A stretch of 64,000 nucleotides of DNA from an uncultured Kiritimatiellota bacterium (lineage in GTDB: Bacteria > Verrucomicrobiota > Kiritimatiellia > RFP12 > DVOR01): positions 8,201-72,200 of the forward strand of contig CALXMT010000004.1 in the NCBI GenBank assembly GCA_944389545.1, given 5' to 3'. The translations under genes were made by a program, and so were the position numbers. Under the pieces are notes generated by a model. The model did no database searches. It was not told where the DNA came from and saw only the letters and a list, made by a program, of their open reading frames with translations. This document shows, piece by piece, positions 59,641 to 64,000 of the stretch. Position 1 is the stretch's first letter, and each line of letters opens with the position of its first letter.

Positions 59641-59842
59641 GCGCTGACGCGCCCCGCTGATTGGCTGATTGGCTGATTCGCTGATGGCCGTGGAAGGTTT
59701 GGCGCTTTGCGCCTGCACGGGCTGATTGGAAGGGGCGCTGACGCGCCCCTATTTCCCCAAAGCATGGCGTGCGAAGCCCGCCACGTCCCTGCAGGCCCTT
59801 CGGGCCGGACGTGCGCCTTGTGCGCACGCACGGCCCGCCCTC
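59641..59842 (+). repeat. Right copy of the ~202-bp direct repeat
   Basis: Matches 57511-57712. Confidence 0.9.
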
Positions 59843-60135
59843 CAGCGTCGCCTTCCTTTGTGAATCTTAGCCGTGGAAGGTTTGCCGCTTCGCGCCTGCA
59901 CGGTGGCCCTTGTGTCCTTTGTGATTTAAAAATATACTGGCAGTCCAGCGTGCGCTAGCACGCCCTTAATCTGCAACAAATCTGCGCAATCTGCGGTTCC
60001 CATTCTGGCAGTTTTGCCGGCGGTAGCCGGCCCCTAATCGGCTCCAATCTGCGTAATCTGCGGTTCCCCCTTCGTGTGCCTTTGTGGTTCTTCGTGGCCT
60101 TCGTGTTTTCCGAAAAACACTTCATCTCTGCTCAG
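59843..60135. repeat. Mosaic repeat array
   Basis: Has the same module order as 57713-57949, plus the 'cttagccgtggaaggtttgccgc' module. Confidence 0.8.
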
Positions 60136-60171
60136 CTGCCTCACCTGTCGCGCGCTGGTCAAATCTAGAAG

Positions 60172-60844
60172 TAATCGCGACAAAAGACGGGTAAATACGC
60201 GGGGGTGCGCGATTAGGTGTCCGGAAAATGCTCCTTGATGGAGGTTTTCTGGGGTGGAGGGAAGGCTTGCGGTGGGAAAAAGAGGCAAAATGGGAGGTTG
60301 GGGAGGTGGATTTGTGATCTGATGGGTATACTCAAACGCGACGTGGCGAAGACCGTTTTCTTTTGGAAAGGTAATCGCGACACCGTTTTTGGGGGTGTTT
60401 TGTTGCGTTTAATTGTCCTAGATTAGGTTATGTGGAGCCTCCTTTCTGGTCGTTGTGTAGGGATGATTGTGATGGGGTTAAGGTCGGCAGGGAGAGAGGA
60501 GTGCAGGGGGGCGCATAACGCCGAGGAAGGGGATCTCGGCGCAACGCAGAGCAGAGCCACAAAGAGGGGTTGGCCGTGGCGCTCTGCGCAACGGAGACAG
60601 AGGATTCCCCTGCTTTTGGCCCATGTTAAGACTCCTTCCTAAATCCCGGAATTAAGTACCACTGTTGCGGACAGGTAATCGCGCATCCCCCCTCCCCGGG
60701 GAGGGGGGGGACTCCTCTATCATCTCATATTTTCCACAATTCTTCCAGACTCCTAATCGCGCATCCCTCTTTAGGACACCTAATCGCTCCCCCCTTCTTA
60801 GGAAACCTTATCGCGACATCCCCGAGACTACCCCCGCGCGATTA
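60172..60844. repeat. Dispersed array of eight TAATCGCG-centred motifs in a low-GC region without convincing CDS
   Basis: Forward copies at 60172, 60372, 60676, 60754, 60781 (TAATCGCT) and 60808 (TTATCGCG). Inverted copies at 60208 and 60837. Extended similarity follows the pattern GGAnAnnTAATCGCGCATCCCC. A perfect palindrome CCCCCCTCCCCGGGGAGGGGGG sits at about 60686-60707. Confidence 0.8.
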
Positions 60845-60916
60845 CTTTTCGATTTGGCGCCTGTCGCGCGCTTCGTTCTCCGTTTTCCGTTCTCTGGGGC
60901 GGTGAGGGCGGGCCTG

Positions 60917-60925
60917 TGGTATAAT
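60917..60925 (+). promoter_or_regulatory. Candidate extended -10 (TGGTATAAT) for the CDF transporter gene
   Basis: It ends 8 nt before the ATG at 60934, which implies a leaderless or near-leaderless mRNA. Confidence 0.45.
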
Positions 60926-60933
60926 AGAGGCTT

Positions 60934-61860
60934 ATGGATAGTGTTCAATTGACGGCCGAGGAACGGGTTGCGCGGGCGAACCGCGTGACGTGGCTTTCGG
61001 TGTGGGTGAATACGGTGCTGACCATCGCGAAGTTTGTGGCGGGCCTGTTGGGGCGGTCGTCGGCGATGGTGGCGGACGCGGCGCATTCGGCGAGCGATTT
61101 CGCGACGGATTTCGCGGTGTTGATCGGGATGCGGTTGGCGGGGAAGCCGCAGGATTGCGACCACCCTTACGGTCACGGGAAGTATGAGACGTTGGCGGCG
61201 GCGGTGGTGGGCGTGGCGCTTTGCGGCGTGGGCCTGGCGATCGCGTTTCATGGGGCGGCGGCGTTGTGGGCGGCGTTGGTGCATGGGGCGTTTCCGGCGC
61301 GGCCGGGAATGGTGGCGTTTTGGGCGGGCGTGGTCTCCATCGTCGTCAAGGAGTGGCTCTATCAGGCGACGGTGCGGGTGGCGCGGCAGACGGACAATGA
61401 CGCGTTGTTGGCGAATGCGTGGCACCACCGGAGCGATGCGCTCTCTTCCATCGCGACGACGGTGGGGGTGGGCGCGGGCGCGCTTTTCGGCGGCAAATGG
61501 GCGCTCCTGGACCCGTTGGCGGCGATGGGGGTGGGCCTGGTGTTGCTGAAGATCGCGTGGGACATCGTGAAGGACGCGGTGGACAAGCTGGCCGAGCAGG
61601 GGATGTCGGAGGCGGAGAACGCGCGCATTTTGGAGCTGGTGCACAGCGTGGAGGGACTCTCCGAGCCGCACCATCTGCGGAGCCGTCGGGTGGGGAACGT
61701 GGCGGTGATTGAGATGCATTTTCGTGTAGACCCGTCGATGACGGTTCTTGAGGCGCATGGCATTGCAAGCCGGGTGGAGCAGGCCCTGCGCGGGGCCTTC
61801 GGCGCGGACGCAATCGTGACGATTCATGTGGAACCTTGGAAAGAAGGAACGCGGCAATGA
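60934..61860 (+). CDS. Cation diffusion facilitator (CDF) family metal efflux transporter
   Basis: 'HSASDFATDFAVLIGMRLAGKPQDCDHPYGHGKYETL' and 'NAWHHRSDALSS' match the family, and the C-terminal cytoplasmic domain ends 'IVTIHVEP'. Confidence 0.85.
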   Translation: MDSVQLTAEERVARANRVTWLSVWVNTVLTIAKFVAGLLGRSSAMVADAAHSASDFATDFAVLIGMRLAGKPQDCDHPYGHGKYETLAAAVVGVALCGVGLAIAFHGAAALWAALVHGAFPARPGMVAFWAGVVSIVVKEWLYQATVRVARQTDNDALLANAWHHRSDALSSIATTVGVGAGALFGGKWALLDPLAAMGVGLVLLKIAWDIVKDAVDKLAEQGMSEAENARILELVHSVEGLSEPHHLRSRRVGNVAVIEMHFRVDPSMTVLEAHGIASRVEQALRGAFGADAIVTIHVEPWKEGTRQ

Positions 61861-63422
61861 GTGGACGCATGTTGGTATTGATGGCGCTGGTGGCGTGTTT
61901 GGCGGGCCCGGTGGCGGCCTGGCCCTTCGGCGACAGCGAGGAGGAGCAGGCCGCGGAGGTGGCCACGCGCGTGGCGGAGGCCCTGCGTGAGCCGAACCGG
62001 CTGATTGTGCAGGCCCAGGAGGCGACCCAGAAGGGCGACGTGGAGGAGGCCATCCGTCTCTTCCGGCGCGCGCAGACGCTCATCGAGCAGACGGAGGCCT
62101 CGGAGGACACCTCGGGGCCGGCGTGGTCGTCGCTGCGCATGAAGAAGTTCCTCTGCCTCTCGGCGCTGGACGCGTTGGCGTTGGAGCGCGCGGAGGTGCT
62201 GGATGTGCGCCAGGCGGTGACCGACACCTCGGAGCTGGAGCGGCGTCTGGCCGAGGAACGGGCCGCCCTCCGCAAGGAAGAGGACGCCAAGGTGGCCAAG
62301 GAGAAACTCCTGGAGGCGCCCAAGCCGCCGACCCTCCGCGAGCAACTGCCCGATGTGAAGCGCAACCTGGAGGCCGCGAAGGCCGCCCGCGCCGAGGCGG
62401 AGCAACGGCTGACCGCCGCAAAGACGCGTCATGAGGAGGCCCTCAAAGCCCGCGCCGAGGCGCAGTCGGCCGAGAACGCCGCCAAGGTGGCGTTGCGCAC
62501 GGCCGAGCAGAAGCAGGTCGCCGCCGAGGCCCAGGCCGCCCAGGCAGGGGAGGGGCTGTTGGCCGGCGCCTTCGCGGCGGACTCGGAGGCCTCGACGGAT
62601 GAGGCGCAGGCCCAGGTGAAGGCCGCGGCTCAGGCCCGGGGCGCTCAGGAGGACGCGGTGGACAGCGCGGCGGCCCACTTGCAGGTGGCAGAGGCGCGCG
62701 CCGTCAAAGCCCGCAAGGACGAGGCCGATGCCCAGGCGTTGTTGGATGCCTTGGAGAAGGCCATCGCCAAGGAACGCGCCGATGCCGAAGCGAAGGAGCG
62801 TGCCGCGCAACTTGCGGCGAAGCAGGAGCAGGAGCGGCTGGCGGCGGAGGCGTTGGCGCGGCGTCAGGCCCAGGCCGCGGCGGAGGCCAAGGCGCGTGAG
62901 GCCGCCCGTCAGCGGGCCCAGCTCGACGCCCAGGCGAAGGCCAAGGCCGAAGCCGACGCCAAGGCGCGCGCCACGGCGCTGGTCGAGTGCGAGACGTTGT
63001 GGGCCGCCAAGCGGGTGGATGCCTTGGAGGCGGCCCTCTTGAAGCACGCCGTGGCGTGGCCCGAGGAACCGGGCTTCTTGCTCTACCTGGCCCGCCTGCG
63101 GTTGTTGCAGGGGCGTCCGGACGATGCGCTGGAGATCGTCGGCACGGTGCCGGCGGGCAGCGCGGCGGACTTCGAGGCGCAGTTGGTGGCGGCGGGCGCC
63201 TTCCTCACGAAGAACCGTCCCGACGAGGCGATGCGGATTTTGGAACGCGCGGCGAAGGCCAAGCCGGACGACCCGCGGCCCTACTTCAACCTGGCCGTGG
63301 CCTTCCTGCGGTTGCCGACGGCCGACCCGGACCGGGCGATCGCCGCGCGCTTCTACGCCAAGAGTGTTTCCTTGGGCGGCAAGCGGTCGTATGACCTGGA
63401 GCGCCGCCTGAACATGGAGTGA
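61857..63422 (+). CDS. Secreted Ala/Glu/Lys-rich coiled-coil protein with C-terminal TPR-like repeats
   Basis: The start 'MSGRMLVLMALVACLAGPVAA' overlaps the CDF stop (ATGA). A long 'AKAEAEQRL..AEAKAREAARQRAQLDAQAKAKAEADAKARA' region is followed by TPR-like 'LARLRLLQGRPDDALEIV..PYFNLAVAFL'. Confidence 0.6.
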   Translation: MSGRMLVLMALVACLAGPVAAWPFGDSEEEQAAEVATRVAEALREPNRLIVQAQEATQKGDVEEAIRLFRRAQTLIEQTEASEDTSGPAWSSLRMKKFLCLSALDALALERAEVLDVRQAVTDTSELERRLAEERAALRKEEDAKVAKEKLLEAPKPPTLREQLPDVKRNLEAAKAARAEAEQRLTAAKTRHEEALKARAEAQSAENAAKVALRTAEQKQVAAEAQAAQAGEGLLAGAFAADSEASTDEAQAQVKAAAQARGAQEDAVDSAAAHLQVAEARAVKARKDEADAQALLDALEKAIAKERADAEAKERAAQLAAKQEQERLAAEALARRQAQAAAEAKAREAARQRAQLDAQAKAKAEADAKARATALVECETLWAAKRVDALEAALLKHAVAWPEEPGFLLYLARLRLLQGRPDDALEIVGTVPAGSAADFEAQLVAAGAFLTKNRPDEAMRILERAAKAKPDDPRPYFNLAVAFLRLPTADPDRAIAARFYAKSVSLGGKRSYDLERRLNME

Positions 63423-63428
63423 GGCATC

Positions 63429-63983
63429 ATGGACCCTATGCACGAAAAGACGTTGGGCAGCCGCCGCATCTTTGAGGGGCGCGCCCTGACCATCGATATT
63501 TTGGACATCGAGATGCCCGATGGGCGCAAGACCACCCGCGAGGTGCTCCGTCACCGCGGCGCGGTCTGCATCTTGGGGCAGTTGCCCGATGGCCGCTTCA
63601 TCCTGGTGCGGCAGTATCGCAAGGCCGTGGAGCAGACCCTGCTGGAGTGCGTGGCCGGTTGCATGGAGTCCGGTGAGACACCCGAGGAATCCGCCCGCCG
63701 CGAGACCCGCGAGGAGAGCGGCCACGAGGTCACCGAGCTGATTCCCCTCGGCAAGTCCCTCCCCGCCCCCGGCTACTGCGACGAGGTGCACTGGCACTTC
63801 TTCGCCCGCCTCAAGGCCGAGCCCGACGGCCAGCGCCTCGACACCGACGAGAACCTCAAGCCCGCCGCCCTGACGGCGGAGGAGATCGACGCGGCCATCG
63901 ACGATGGCACGCTCATCGACGGCAAGTCCATCATCCTTTGGCACCTCTACCGCCGCGCCCAAGCCGCCGGCAAACTCGCATGA
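63429..63983 (+). CDS. NUDIX hydrolase (ADP-ribose pyrophosphatase type)
   Basis: The NUDIX box is 'GCMESGETPEESARRETREESGH'. The N-terminal 'SRRIFEGRALTIDILDIEMPDG' is typical of ADP-ribose pyrophosphatases. Confidence 0.8.
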   Translation: MDPMHEKTLGSRRIFEGRALTIDILDIEMPDGRKTTREVLRHRGAVCILGQLPDGRFILVRQYRKAVEQTLLECVAGCMESGETPEESARRETREESGHEVTELIPLGKSLPAPGYCDEVHWHFFARLKAEPDGQRLDTDENLKPAALTAEEIDAAIDDGTLIDGKSIILWHLYRRAQAAGKLA

Positions 63984-64000
63984 ACCCGCAACGTCAATAC

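Noticed and set aside
60217-60952. Small ORFs 60217..60426, 60430..60642 and 60665..60952 in the TAATCGCG region
   Set aside because: They have odd composition, no Shine-Dalgarno sites and no recognisable motifs. The last one overlaps the promoter and start of the CDF gene.

Overview
This is a high-GC bacterial chromosomal segment with about 40 supportable CDS. I recognised no rRNA, tRNA, CRISPR array, transposase or integrase. Lineage cannot be assigned from the sequence alone.

Housekeeping blocks:
- gpmI
- an M24 peptidase followed by folE
- a Gfo/Idh/MocA oxidoreductase followed by a Nif3-family gene
- nusA-infB-rbfA-truB-ribF
- azlCD
- rpoD
- an Orn/Lys/Arg decarboxylase next to a ferredoxin
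- ppx-ppk1
- a CDF transporter and a NUDIX hydrolase

Four things stand out:
1. Almost every larger intergenic gap, roughly a tenth of the window by eye, is filled with a mosaic of short reusable repeat modules. These are GC hairpins with 3-4 nt loops, 7-10 bp tandem units, 10-12 bp perfect palindromes, and an ~85-nt hairpin-cluster element present six times.
2. Three visibly less GC-rich accessory islands sit inside these mosaics, and two are bracketed by long direct repeats. One is an N6-adenine methyltransferase plus a GIY-YIG/T5orf172-like SF2 helicase (25979-31752, flanked by 107-bp repeats) with a nested ~120-nt palindrome in its leader. One is an XRE-ImmA/IrrE plus PIN-like pair (flanked by 202-bp repeats). 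One is an orphan 273-aa gene.
3. An ~18-kb tightly packed minus-strand cluster (50862 to 32707) encodes lipoproteins, two membrane proteins, a transmembrane Ser/Thr kinase, a small Calx-beta protein, a C10-like cysteine peptidase, a 2412-aa multi-domain surface protein and a frameshifted LamG-like/collagen-repeat gene. The small protein, the peptidase and the giant protein end in a related C-terminal motif. The giant protein's 3' end is duplicated in the small gene, including a 225-nt perfectly identical tract.
4. A low-GC ~0.8-kb region without convincing CDS carries eight copies of a TAATCGCG-centred motif.

All calls come from reading the sequence and ORF translations. No searches or computations were run.
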